From a virus (taxonomy: Duplodnaviria; Caudoviricetes): DNA of 64,000 nucleotides. The notes under the pieces are model-generated. The model did not search any database and was not told the origin of the DNA. It saw nothing but the letters and a program-made list of their open reading frames with translations. Shown here one piece after another: positions 27,856 to 37,357 of the stretch. The stretch's first letter is position 1; each line of letters begins with the position of its first letter. The stretch is from IMG/VR virus record IMGVR_UViG_3300009108_000480; one strand, 5' to 3'. The position numbers were made by a program, and so were the translations under genes.

Positions 27856-28500
27856 ATGAAAGCATTTTCTAAAAAGTTTTTTATATTAACTGCTCATCCT
27901 GAAGATATGGAAGTAGGTTGTGGAGGATTAGTAGCAAAAATTCTCGCCCATGGCGGATCAGTAACAAACTTAATAATGGTACAACCGGCGGCAGAAGAGC
28001 ATCCAAAAAGAAATCAAGAAGTTGTTAAAAAAGAATTAACAAATAGTAATGCAATTTTAAAACATAAAACTATAATATATGATACTCCACTACACAACAA
28101 CCATAGACCAAATTTAACTCTTACTAATAATGTAATTACTGACGTTGAAAAAATTGCAAAAAGACATGACATTTTAATTAGTCATTGGCAGGAAGATCAC
28201 CATCAAGACCATCAAACTTGTCACAAAATTGCAAGAAGTATAGCAAGAAAAAACTTTGAACAATTTTGGTGTATGGACGAAACACCTTACAATTTACATT
28301 ATAAAAATTTTAAATGCAATTTATATATTGATATTAGTGATTACATTAATACAAAACGTAAAAGTATTGAAGCATATAACTCATATTTTTCTGATAGTGC
28401 TATAAATCAAATAATTAATTACAACAAATATCGAGGCGAGTTTTTAGGATCAAACAAAATTGCAGAAACATTTCAAATAATGTTTAAAAAAGACGTATGA
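27856..28500 (+). CDS. PIG-L/LmbE-family N-deacetylase
   Basis: AHPEDMEVGCGG, 'HWQEDHHQDH', 'AETF'. TAAATA 6 nt upstream (27844-27849). Confidence 0.85.
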   Translation: MKAFSKKFFILTAHPEDMEVGCGGLVAKILAHGGSVTNLIMVQPAAEEHPKRNQEVVKKELTNSNAILKHKTIIYDTPLHNNHRPNLTLTNNVITDVEKIAKRHDILISHWQEDHHQDHQTCHKIARSIARKNFEQFWCMDETPYNLHYKNFKCNLYIDISDYINTKRKSIEAYNSYFSDSAINQIINYNKYRGEFLGSNKIAETFQIMFKKDV

Positions 28501-29498
28501 GAATATTAGTATTAGGTGGATATGGATTTATTGGTAGTCATATTTGTCAACAATTAAAAAAAGACAATCATATTATTGGTGTAGTTGATTGTTATCATCA
28601 ATATTATACATTTCCTAATTGGGAATACCAACCTATATTATCACAAAGAAAAGAAATTACACAAACCGATAAAGAATATATTGGACAAATTGAAAATTTA
28701 CAATTCATGGAACAAGCGTTTGAAGATTTTAAACCCGACAGAGTTATTCACGTTGCAACCTATCCAAATGCAAAAATGGTCAAAAGAAATGTAGCTGATG
28801 CTACGAACAATATGATTACTGCTACTTCATATATTTTAGACTTATGTGTAAAACATAAAGTTGAAAAAATTGTATATGCATCTAGCAGTATGGTATATGG
28901 AGAATTTAATAAACAAATACCTGACGAAAATGTAATACCTAAACCAAATACAGTCTATGGTTCGTATAAAAGACAAGGAGAAATTTTATGCAAAATTTGG
29001 CATCGACAACACGGATTAAACTATGTAATAATGAGACCTTCGGCAGTTTATGGTACTCGAGATACAGTAACAAGGGTGATTAGTCATTTATTAAAAAATG
29101 TATTAACTACCGGAACAATGACTGTGCAAGGACCTGATAATAAATTAGATTTTTCTAATGTGCTTGACGTAGCAGAATATTTTTCTTTAGTTTGTACAAA
29201 CGAAATTATAAATGAAACATTTAATTGTACAAGAGGATATGGTAGAAAAATTATTGAAGCGGCTGAAATAATAAAACAAAAACTAGGTACAGGAACAATT
29301 ATTACTAAACCACATGACGATTTTTATCCAAACAGAGATACACTTAATAGTGACAAAGCAAAGACTATGCTAAATTTTAATCCTACAATAGATATTGAAG
29401 AAGGTATCCCAAAATATATGAATTGGTTTTTAGGACAACCATTTTATTTTGAAAATTTAGATATTAATAAAAAGTTTCCGTTGGGTACAAAGATTTAA
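28497..29498 (+). CDS. NAD-dependent nucleotide-sugar epimerase/dehydratase
   Basis: LGGYGFIG, ASSSMVYG, YGSYK (YxxxK), RPSAVYG, 'LDFSNVLD'. Confidence 0.9.
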   Translation: MRILVLGGYGFIGSHICQQLKKDNHIIGVVDCYHQYYTFPNWEYQPILSQRKEITQTDKEYIGQIENLQFMEQAFEDFKPDRVIHVATYPNAKMVKRNVADATNNMITATSYILDLCVKHKVEKIVYASSSMVYGEFNKQIPDENVIPKPNTVYGSYKRQGEILCKIWHRQHGLNYVIMRPSAVYGTRDTVTRVISHLLKNVLTTGTMTVQGPDNKLDFSNVLDVAEYFSLVCTNEIINETFNCTRGYGRKIIEAAEIIKQKLGTGTIITKPHDDFYPNRDTLNSDKAKTMLNFNPTIDIEEGIPKYMNWFLGQPFYFENLDINKKFPLGTKI

Positions 29499-30792
29499 AT
29501 TTACTTCTACAAAAATCCCAAGTATAAGTTTGTAAAATTTTATCTTCATCATACGCACATTCTTTAACAAAATCTTTTGCATCTTTTGAACCACGTGCTA
29601 ACCATTTATGTTCCGTTGCCATCCATTTTTTTAATCTATAAGATGTTTCTACAGTAGGTTTACGTTCATTCCATAATATTAATTTTGAAACTTCTCTAAA
29701 TGCATTTTTCCATGCAGTATAATTGTCGGGTGTTAATAATGATGTACTAGCAATAATTGATATTACTTCATGTGGTTGTGATAATGTAAAATCTAAAATA
29801 TTATCATTAGCAGTAGCTAAACATAAACTTTTATTATAGATATTAATGTTAAATGTACCATAATCTAGATCTAATTCTTCTAAACGAGAATGAAAAATAT
29901 AATGTCTTTTTGTTAAGCATCTATCTATTGTATAATCAAACATAAATGTATCTGCTACAATACTTTTAGCAAATACGGCATAAAAATATTCTGTATTAGA
30001 CTGTTTAGCGGCTTCTTTGTATGCTTGACTTCTACCTTTAACATTTTTTACCCAATGTAATTTATTTTTTAAACTATATTTTTTAATATGAGCTTGTAAA
30101 ATATCAAAATTTTCTTGTTCAAAAGGCTCTCCATTTGAAATAAAAATAACATCAAAGCAATCTTTTTTGTTATTATCTTTTATTGTGTACAGTAAATTAT
30201 AATCATATAACTGTGTTCTAATATCTTGTAGAGCTTTACGAGGAATATAAAACGTTTTTCCTGCTAGATATATTTTTAAATCTTCCCAATACGATGGATA
30301 AAACATTTCTTCTTCTTCTCCAGTTTCATAATATCTAATATATTGTGAATTTGGAATTTTATTTTTTGGTAATGATTCAATAACATTACTTAAATTAAAT
30401 TCAACTGCTTCTACATCATTATCATATTTTAAATTTTCTGTATGATAATTTACGTGTTCAAAATCTCTTAAAAATTTTATATTTTGTGTTGTAAAAGATT
30501 TATGAAATAAAAACGTATCGCCTTCTTTTTGTGTTGGACAACTCCATGTGTGCAATTGTTTTGCTTCAAATTGTTCTGGTATATAATTAAAATCAAATTT
30601 TGTGTAATCTATTTTGCTACTTAACATCCACACATATTCAGTATTAGCTGATTCTATTATAACTTTACTTAAATCATAATAACTTTTTATAAAAGGCATT
30701 ACTTTAACATATGGAAAAACTTGTTTAATTTTGTTTATATTTTCTTTACTTTTTTTATTTTGAAAATTAATACAATAACAATCAAACGCCAT
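29464..30792 (-). CDS. Two-domain GT-A-like glycosyltransferase
   Basis: The C-terminal half parallels 43355..44248 (DVIFISNGEP..., AYKEAA, AWKNAFREVSKL). DxD is replaced by FAK. Confidence 0.6.
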   Translation of the reverse strand: MAFDCYCINFQNKKSKENINKIKQVFPYVKVMPFIKSYYDLSKVIIESANTEYVWMLSSKIDYTKFDFNYIPEQFEAKQLHTWSCPTQKEGDTFLFHKSFTTQNIKFLRDFEHVNYHTENLKYDNDVEAVEFNLSNVIESLPKNKIPNSQYIRYYETGEEEEMFYPSYWEDLKIYLAGKTFYIPRKALQDIRTQLYDYNLLYTIKDNNKKDCFDVIFISNGEPFEQENFDILQAHIKKYSLKNKLHWVKNVKGRSQAYKEAAKQSNTEYFYAVFAKSIVADTFMFDYTIDRCLTKRHYIFHSRLEELDLDYGTFNINIYNKSLCLATANDNILDFTLSQPHEVISIIASTSLLTPDNYTAWKNAFREVSKLILWNERKPTVETSYRLKKWMATEHKWLARGSKDAKDFVKECAYDEDKILQTYTWDFCRSKFKSLYPTETFY

Positions 30793-31876
30793 AAAATTCC
30801 TGAATACATTTACAAATGTATTTTACTTCTTCTTCTTTAAGATAAGGATAAATTGGCAACGAAATAACTTCTTTACAAAATGCTTCTGCTTTCCAATACC
30901 CATTAACTAATGGATCTTTTTTAAAAAAATATAACTCTGGCATAGGTTTTTTATAATGTACTTGCGTTTCAATACCTTTATTAGCTAAAAATATTTGTAA
31001 TTCATCTCTATTTTGCAATTTAAGTACTAGTTTGTGATTATTGCTTACTGTTTTTTCTGGTGTTTTAACACTATTAATATGCATTTTGTCAAACTCTTCT
31101 TCATACCATCGTCTAATCTTTGCTCTCTTTTTAAGTAACCCTTTATATTTTGAAAATAGAAAATTTAATATAGCGGCATGATCTTCAGATAATACAGAAT
31201 TGTATCCATGACTAATACGTATTGGTCCTGCTCCATGATAACGATATGCTCTAATAGCCTGAGCTTCTTCTAAAGTATCACATACTACCATTCCACCATT
31301 TCCAAATGCTGGTAAAGGTTTTGATGGTGCAAAACTTAATACACTAATATCACCTAATTTTCCTGATGGAATTTTTTTATAAAATGATCCTAACGATTGT
31401 GCGGCATCTTCTATTAATGGAATTTTTCTTTCTTCACAAAACGTTTTAAGCCGATCATAATTTGCTAAATTACCAAAAAGATTTACATATACTACTGCAT
31501 CAACTTTATTAATTGGTGTAAGTTGACCAATTTGACCATTTTCATCAATATCAATAAATTCAATACTTGCTCCGGTTCTTTTAATTGCTTCTGCAGTTGC
31601 CATAAAAGATACTGCTGGACATAAAACATTTTTACCAGGACCTATTCCTTTCGTCTTAAGAGCAAAATATAACGCATCAGTTCCACTACCAACTGCAACT
31701 GCATATTCTCTTTTTGTATATTTTGCAATACTAGTTTCAAGTTGTGCAACTTCACTAGTTAAAACATGACGACCAATTATCATATTACCACTCTTCCATA
31801 CTGCTTTGGCACGTCTTGTTATACGCCAACTAAAACTATCATACAATCTGTCTAATCCAGTAAATTTAATATTCAT
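30782..31876 (-). CDS. DegT/DnrJ/EryC1/StrS sugar aminotransferase
   Basis: VGSGTDAL, IEDAAQSLG, SFAPSKPLPAFGNGG, GIETQVHY, ISLPIYP. Confidence 0.92.
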   Translation of the reverse strand: MNIKFTGLDRLYDSFSWRITRRAKAVWKSGNMIIGRHVLTSEVAQLETSIAKYTKREYAVAVGSGTDALYFALKTKGIGPGKNVLCPAVSFMATAEAIKRTGASIEFIDIDENGQIGQLTPINKVDAVVYVNLFGNLANYDRLKTFCEERKIPLIEDAAQSLGSFYKKIPSGKLGDISVLSFAPSKPLPAFGNGGMVVCDTLEEAQAIRAYRYHGAGPIRISHGYNSVLSEDHAAILNFLFSKYKGLLKKRAKIRRWYEEEFDKMHINSVKTPEKTVSNNHKLVLKLQNRDELQIFLANKGIETQVHYKKPMPELYFFKKDPLVNGYWKAEAFCKEVISLPIYPYLKEEEVKYICKCIQEFYGV

Positions 31877-32936
31877 AAAATCCTAAAGTTTGTAATAATT
31901 TTTTATTTTCAAAAAGAGGTCCAAGATTATATCTATTTTGTTGATCATTAAATTCACTAAAAAATCTTTTATTATTCTTTCTACCATGCTCAGTGAATGG
32001 TTCACCTAAAGCGAAATGCACCACCTTTGTTGGTTTCAATCCAAGAGACCTACACCAATGTTTTTGTTCGTCGAAGTATTTTTCAACCATGTAATCTACA
32101 TTATAATTTTTCATTAACTGTAAACCAAGACCCGAGGCAAGCCTGTTAGCAACGTTTTCATCATTGCTTATCTGCATTGGATCTTTTATTTTTTCCCTTG
32201 TCATTCGTAATGCTATTCTGGCATTTCCTACTGGAAACGCTTTACTGAAACTAAAACTTAAAGACTTAATGCAAGTTGGTGTCAAATCAATTTGTAGAGT
32301 ATCATACGTCGCGTTGGGTATGTATATGAAATCTAACATTACTGGTATGCCAATTCTTTCACACTGTTCCAACAAATCTTTTTGCTGTGGATGTTCGTCA
32401 CCTAACCGTGCAAAAGGAAAACTTAATATTACAACGTCATCGGCACCCAAATCGTCATCTTCTATGTACGCCCATTTAAGTTCTAAATGTTTCCAAACCT
32501 CCATGTGCCACCAGTACTCTCCTTTGAATACTCGAAATCTTTTATCCCGGTATTTCAAATAAAAATTTACAAAGTATTCTTGTGAACCTTGTGAGAAACA
32601 ACTGTATTTGAAATCATTAATGCCTTTTAATTGATACCTTGGACATTGTTTCAACCACACCGGAAAATACTCCTCAAATTTTTTCACTACGTAAGGGTCT
32701 CGTAAGGATTTGTTCAAATTGATACCTTGAATAAAATCTCTCAAGTGTTGATCCTTTATGCAGTTACCACTAGAATACACACTCCAAGATTTGGACCTTA
32801 TCTCGTGGAATTCATCACTTACTGGAATATTCCATAGGTATTCACCCGGAACATCCAACTTCTTTTTTGCTGAGGCTGTCATTAGTGCCCAAGCAATCTT
32901 TGTTATTTTATCTGTATTTTGTTTAATATCTGACAT
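31866..32936 (-). CDS. PLP-dependent (fold type I) enzyme, atypical
   Basis: 'VMLDFIY', 'SFSFSKAFPVGNARIALR' (SxSK...R PLP-lysine motif). Confidence 0.65.
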   Translation of the reverse strand: MSDIKQNTDKITKIAWALMTASAKKKLDVPGEYLWNIPVSDEFHEIRSKSWSVYSSGNCIKDQHLRDFIQGINLNKSLRDPYVVKKFEEYFPVWLKQCPRYQLKGINDFKYSCFSQGSQEYFVNFYLKYRDKRFRVFKGEYWWHMEVWKHLELKWAYIEDDDLGADDVVILSFPFARLGDEHPQQKDLLEQCERIGIPVMLDFIYIPNATYDTLQIDLTPTCIKSLSFSFSKAFPVGNARIALRMTREKIKDPMQISNDENVANRLASGLGLQLMKNYNVDYMVEKYFDEQKHWCRSLGLKPTKVVHFALGEPFTEHGRKNNKRFFSEFNDQQNRYNLGPLFENKKLLQTLGFYEY

Positions 32937-33397
32937 GATTCTTCGTAATATTTGTAATCTTCCTCCCAGGTAGGATCGTTGTTGTTCTTATTATGATTGG
33001 TCTTTAGAAACCATTTCAATACAGGTGTATCAAATTTTAATTCCCAATATCCTTTTGGCCCAAAAAACAAACAAGAATCAATCACAGAGTCTTTAGTAAC
33101 ATATCTGCTCTCCCATATCAAATGTTGCAAATCGATCCCGTCTATAGTTAATTTTTCTAATTCAAAATTTAGATCTTGTTTAATTTTATTGTTATCATCT
33201 AAAATAGTGTCCTTGTTCCCTTTGTTTTCAAAAAATATTCTTAAGACATTGTTCTCCTGCGTGTCTGCATCTAAAACTATTCTTCGCTCTACTTTACCAA
33301 CACAAATATCATTACTATTAAGTTCTATTCTGCAAATTGGATACTTGTTATTAACAGGATTAATATTTTTAAACTTAAATTCAAAATTTACTGACAT
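32903..33397 (-). CDS. Hypothetical protein
   Basis: Coupled to the carbamoyltransferase end. Confidence 0.7.
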   Translation of the reverse strand: MSVNFEFKFKNINPVNNKYPICRIELNSNDICVGKVERRIVLDADTQENNVLRIFFENKGNKDTILDDNNKIKQDLNFELEKLTIDGIDLQHLIWESRYVTKDSVIDSCLFFGPKGYWELKFDTPVLKWFLKTNHNKNNNDPTWEEDYKYYEESCQILNKIQIK

Positions 33398-34842
33398 ACC
33401 TTTACTCCATATTTGTAGGTAAATGCATTGGCATCTTCGATGTCATTTACCATCGGTTGCCCCTTAATATTCAAACTAGTATTTAGAAGCATTGGGCACC
33501 CTGTCTTTTTTTTCCATGCTTTTAACAGCTCATAAAACCCTTCGTTATCGCTTTTAGACACGGTTTGCACACGGCTTGAGTTATCATAGTGTATAATGGC
33601 AGGACAGTCTTTACCATGCGTGTACGCCGCTGTAAACTGCATATAAGGGGTATTTTTTACGGGGGTTGGGAGAGCAAAATAGTCATTTACATCCTCTTCT
33701 AAAATAGCCGGAGCGAATGGTCTAAATTTCTGTCTTCTCTTAATTCGATTTACCATATCCTTAATCCCTGGACCTCTCGGATCAGCCAAAAGCGATCTAT
33801 TACCAAGTGCTCGTGGTCCGAACTCTGCTTTACCATTTGCAACTCCACAAATTTTACTTTCTGTTAATTCTTTTATAATTGCATCAACTGGATATTCACT
33901 TTTAATGTTATAACCTAAAAATGGATTTTTCCAATTTAAATGTTTTTGTTCTGAAGCCGCAATACATCCTATTGAAGATCCTGCATCACCCGGATTAGGA
34001 ATAATCCAAATATTATCAAACAATCCCATATTAGCAAGTCCTGAATTAGCTACACAATTTAATGCAACACCTCCTACATAAACTAAATTTTTACTACCAT
34101 ACTCAGATGCTCTTTGCCATAAATTTGCAAGACATTCTACAAGAACAGCTTGTACTGATGCGGCAAGATCAACTGGATCTGCGCCGGCGTGCCAATTACC
34201 TATACCTTGATGTAAGTTTTGTTTTAATTTAAAAGGACCTTGCTGAACAAAATCTTCATATATATCATCTTTATAATCTGGTTTTCCATATGCCGCCATT
34301 CCCATTAAAATATATTCTTCTTCTGCAGGTTTTAATCCACAACGTTGTGTAAATGCAGAATACAATATTCCTAATGAATGCGGATACCTTATAGTTTCTT
34401 TCCGTTCAATTTTATTTCCTTTTGCAACTGATATAGACACTGTATCCCATTCTCCAATTGCATCAACTGTAAGAATTACTGCTTCTTTAAATGGTGATGT
34501 AAAATATCCTGCCGCGGCGTGTGAATTATGATGATTTACATATTCATCAATTTTAATTCCAAACCTATCCAAATTCCATTGTGGCATTTCTGTATAACTT
34601 AAAGCATCACTATATTGTCCTGCATATAGTTGTCTAGTTTTCTTTAACAAAGGTTTTTCATAATAAACAACTTTATCAAACGGTCCATATGTTTTTGCTT
34701 CGTCAACAATTGCTTGATTTAAGAAATGATCATTTTTAATTCTTGAATAACGTTCTGAATGTGCGGCCCACAGAATTTCTCTGTCGTCTACTACTGCCAT
34801 TGCGGCGTCATGGTTCATGCAATTTATTCCTAATATCCTCAT
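33388..34842 (-). CDS. Carbamoyltransferase (NodU/CmcH family)
   Basis: HDAAMA, HHNSHAAAG, DAIGE, GGVALNC, PGDAG, EFGPRALGNRS, RQKFRPFAP, LNTSLN. Confidence 0.95.
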   Translation of the reverse strand: MRILGINCMNHDAAMAVVDDREILWAAHSERYSRIKNDHFLNQAIVDEAKTYGPFDKVVYYEKPLLKKTRQLYAGQYSDALSYTEMPQWNLDRFGIKIDEYVNHHNSHAAAGYFTSPFKEAVILTVDAIGEWDTVSISVAKGNKIERKETIRYPHSLGILYSAFTQRCGLKPAEEEYILMGMAAYGKPDYKDDIYEDFVQQGPFKLKQNLHQGIGNWHAGADPVDLAASVQAVLVECLANLWQRASEYGSKNLVYVGGVALNCVANSGLANMGLFDNIWIIPNPGDAGSSIGCIAASEQKHLNWKNPFLGYNIKSEYPVDAIIKELTESKICGVANGKAEFGPRALGNRSLLADPRGPGIKDMVNRIKRRQKFRPFAPAILEEDVNDYFALPTPVKNTPYMQFTAAYTHGKDCPAIIHYDNSSRVQTVSKSDNEGFYELLKAWKKKTGCPMLLNTSLNIKGQPMVNDIEDANAFTYKYGVKVCQ

Positions 34843-35276
34843 ATGCTATGACGTCCTATTAATTGAAATTTTTCTGTTATATCATTCTTAATCATAAATG
34901 CCCACATATCTGCATCATAGTGCGTTACTATAAAATCTGGATTTTTTGGTTCTTCAAACATTTGATTTGTGTCTTCAAATCTTCCTTTTTTAATCGTATC
35001 CATCCAAATTGTATAACTGGCATTAAAATCGTTTCTAGTACGTTCTGTTGGGCAAATAAAATCTGCTACAACAATTCTATTATCATTTGCGGCTTCTTGT
35101 GCTAATTGTTTCATTCTGTTTGCTTGTCTTACTCTACCTTCTGCAGAAAAATCAAAATCGTTTGCTTCTTTTCTTACCTCATCGGCATTTAAATGAACTG
35201 CCATTAGCATTGGTGCTAACTTTTTTGCTAATGTGGTTTTTCCTGATCCCGGTAATCCCATTATTAATATTTTCAT
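34839..35276 (-). CDS. Adenylyl-sulfate kinase-like P-loop protein
   Basis: MGLPGSGKTT, 'LNADEVR', 'DFSAEGRVRQ', 'ADFICP', 'FEEP'. Short CysC-like protein. Confidence 0.75.
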   Translation of the reverse strand: MKILIMGLPGSGKTTLAKKLAPMLMAVHLNADEVRKEANDFDFSAEGRVRQANRMKQLAQEAANDNRIVVADFICPTERTRNDFNASYTIWMDTIKKGRFEDTNQMFEEPKNPDFIVTHYDADMWAFMIKNDITEKFQLIGRHSI

Positions 35277-35381
35277 TTATTTGTATATAAAAGGGTCTTT
35301 TTTCTTTAGTTCTTTTAATCTTTTACGATAAGCAAATTCTTGCTTAATCTTTTTGATTAAATTTTTTAACCAACTAAACAT
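35277..35381 (-). CDS. 34-aa basic micro-protein (absent from ORF track)
   Basis: MFSWLKNLIKKIKQEFAYRKRLKELKKKDPFIYK*. SD GGAGG upstream; stop abuts the next ATG. Confidence 0.7.
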   Translation of the reverse strand: MFSWLKNLIKKIKQEFAYRKRLKELKKKDPFIYK

Positions 35382-36198
35382 TTTTTCCTCCTATTATTTC
35401 TTTAAACTTAGGTAACATTAATTTTACAGCATCTAGGTGTGCTTTGTCTAGCGGATGTGTTACCCCTTTTTCATATTCATTTAACGTTGCCCACTGGTTA
35501 AATCCCATCATTCTTTCACCAAAACTAAACCATTTGGTAAAATCTATTTCATTATATAATGCTTTCATAAACGAATCCTTCTCACTATGTAAAGTCATTT
35601 CATCATAAAACAAAGTATTATCTGCAAGTGTAAACATAAATGGAATTTTTTTCTTTTCCAATAAATTTTGCAACCAAATAATTGATTTCCAACTCAAATA
35701 TAATTCATGATATTCGTTAGCCGCATTTTTATATAACGAATTTGCAAAATCACTTACACCAGTATTTTTTAATAAATCTCTTCTATGTTTCCATACTTCT
35801 TGTTGTGGTTCCGATCCTGATAACTCTCTAAATGCTTCGGCTTCACCTTGTACTGTATCCCATGGTGTTATTGTTGCCCAACGAGTATTTTCTAAATTTT
35901 TATGCCTTGGCATTGCCCAATCATACCGTGATAAAAATGACCACATTACAGCAACTCCAGTAATATCTTTTAAATTTCCTACGGCGTTAAAAACTCTACG
36001 AGCAATTCCTGTATTACCAGAACCTGGCCTTGCTGTACAAACATAATCGTCAGGCTGACAAAGATTTAATTCTTGACTTAAAATGTATGCCCAACTTTGT
36101 TTAGATGGTGTTTTACCTTCGTTATCATCTGACAATTCATGTCCAAATGTAAAACTACAACCGCCTGCTATAAATTTTTTTACAACTTTTTTATTCAT
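35374..36198 (-). CDS. SGNH-like protein
   Basis: AGGCSFTFG, ARPGSGN, C-terminal 'THP'. Confidence 0.65.
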   Translation of the reverse strand: MNKKVVKKFIAGGCSFTFGHELSDDNEGKTPSKQSWAYILSQELNLCQPDDYVCTARPGSGNTGIARRVFNAVGNLKDITGVAVMWSFLSRYDWAMPRHKNLENTRWATITPWDTVQGEAEAFRELSGSEPQQEVWKHRRDLLKNTGVSDFANSLYKNAANEYHELYLSWKSIIWLQNLLEKKKIPFMFTLADNTLFYDEMTLHSEKDSFMKALYNEIDFTKWFSFGERMMGFNQWATLNEYEKGVTHPLDKAHLDAVKLMLPKFKEIIGGKNV

Positions 36199-37357
36199 AA
36201 ATTTTTAATACTTTATTTAAAAGTGGAAAAACATCTCCAAAATTTTCTTCTCTATACTTGTCTGTTTGTAAAATACGTTCTTTTCTTTGTTTTTGTATTT
36301 CTCTAGAATCTCTATGTGCTGAATTCATAAATCTTAATGTAGGTTTAAAATCGTTTAAATCTGAATAACGTGAATTTACAATATTTTTTATTTGTTTTGG
36401 TAATGTTTGAATATTAAAATAATCCGGATCAAAACAAGTATTAACATAAAAAAATGTTGGTTCAAATTGTCTTACCCATAATGCAATTTTTGCCAAACTA
36501 AAAATGTTAAAAATACTAATTGTTGTACAAATTTGAAATTCCATATTTGCTAATTGATATACTTTAAATTGATTTAGATTATAATTTACTTCTTTCCAAT
36601 TTGCAGGATGTCTTTGGTATTGAAATTGTTCTCCTACATCATCAATACTAAACGCAATTTCAACTCTTTTAAAATGTTTCCACAAATCAAAAATTTCTCT
36701 ACCCGGGTAATGTGTTCCATTTGTATTATAATGTATATCTTGATTTTTAGCATACCCTTTTTCAACACAATGTTCTAATATTTTAAAATGATTATGTATC
36801 ATAAAAGGTTCTCCGCCTGTGAATTCAAAATATTCTACATCTTCTAATACTTCTTTTATATCATCAAAAAATTGTGGATTCTTTTTAGGCCATCCACCTT
36901 CTGTTAAGTGCTTTCTTGCAACTGGATTTTCTCCATAGTCTAATTCTTCCTGTGCCCATTTACTAGAACTCCAACTACCACATATTCTACATTTTAAATT
37001 ACATACATTTCCTAACTTAAAATCTATAAATTTTAAATTTGTTTCACTGTCTGGTGTCCAGTCTTTTAAACTATGTTTCATTTTGTAAAGTGAATTCATA
37101 CGTTTACTAATCTTTCCAGCACTTTCTTCTTGCCAACAACTTTGACATCCTATCGGTTTTTTACCGTCTTTAAATTGTTGTCTTAATTTTTCCATATACT
37201 CTGAATTCTGTATTGTTTTAAGATTTGTTTCATATACCTTATAATTTGGAATAGTACCTTTATACAAACAACAAGGCGATGCTGAGCCATTTACGTCAAT
37301 TTCTAAACTAGTCCACGGCAACGGGCAAATGTTTGATTTTATATACTTGTCCACCAT
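36191..37357 (-). CDS. N-terminal-twitch radical SAM (#7)
   Basis: ICPLPW..PCC..CQSC, core CNLKCRIC, TGGEP. Confidence 0.9.
   Translation of the reverse strand: MVDKYIKSNICPLPWTSLEIDVNGSASPCCLYKGTIPNYKVYETNLKTIQNSEYMEKLRQQFKDGKKPIGCQSCWQEESAGKISKRMNSLYKMKHSLKDWTPDSETNLKFIDFKLGNVCNLKCRICGSWSSSKWAQEELDYGENPVARKHLTEGGWPKKNPQFFDDIKEVLEDVEYFEFTGGEPFMIHNHFKILEHCVEKGYAKNQDIHYNTNGTHYPGREIFDLWKHFKRVEIAFSIDDVGEQFQYQRHPANWKEVNYNLNQFKVYQLANMEFQICTTISIFNIFSLAKIALWVRQFEPTFFYVNTCFDPDYFNIQTLPKQIKNIVNSRYSDLNDFKPTLRFMNSAHRDSREIQKQRKERILQTDKYREENFGDVFPLLNKVLKIYE

Noticed and set aside
29464-29498. 35-nt overlap of convergent genes as an antisense regulatory device
   Set aside because: Short tail-to-tail overlaps are common in compact phage genomes, and there is no further evidence.
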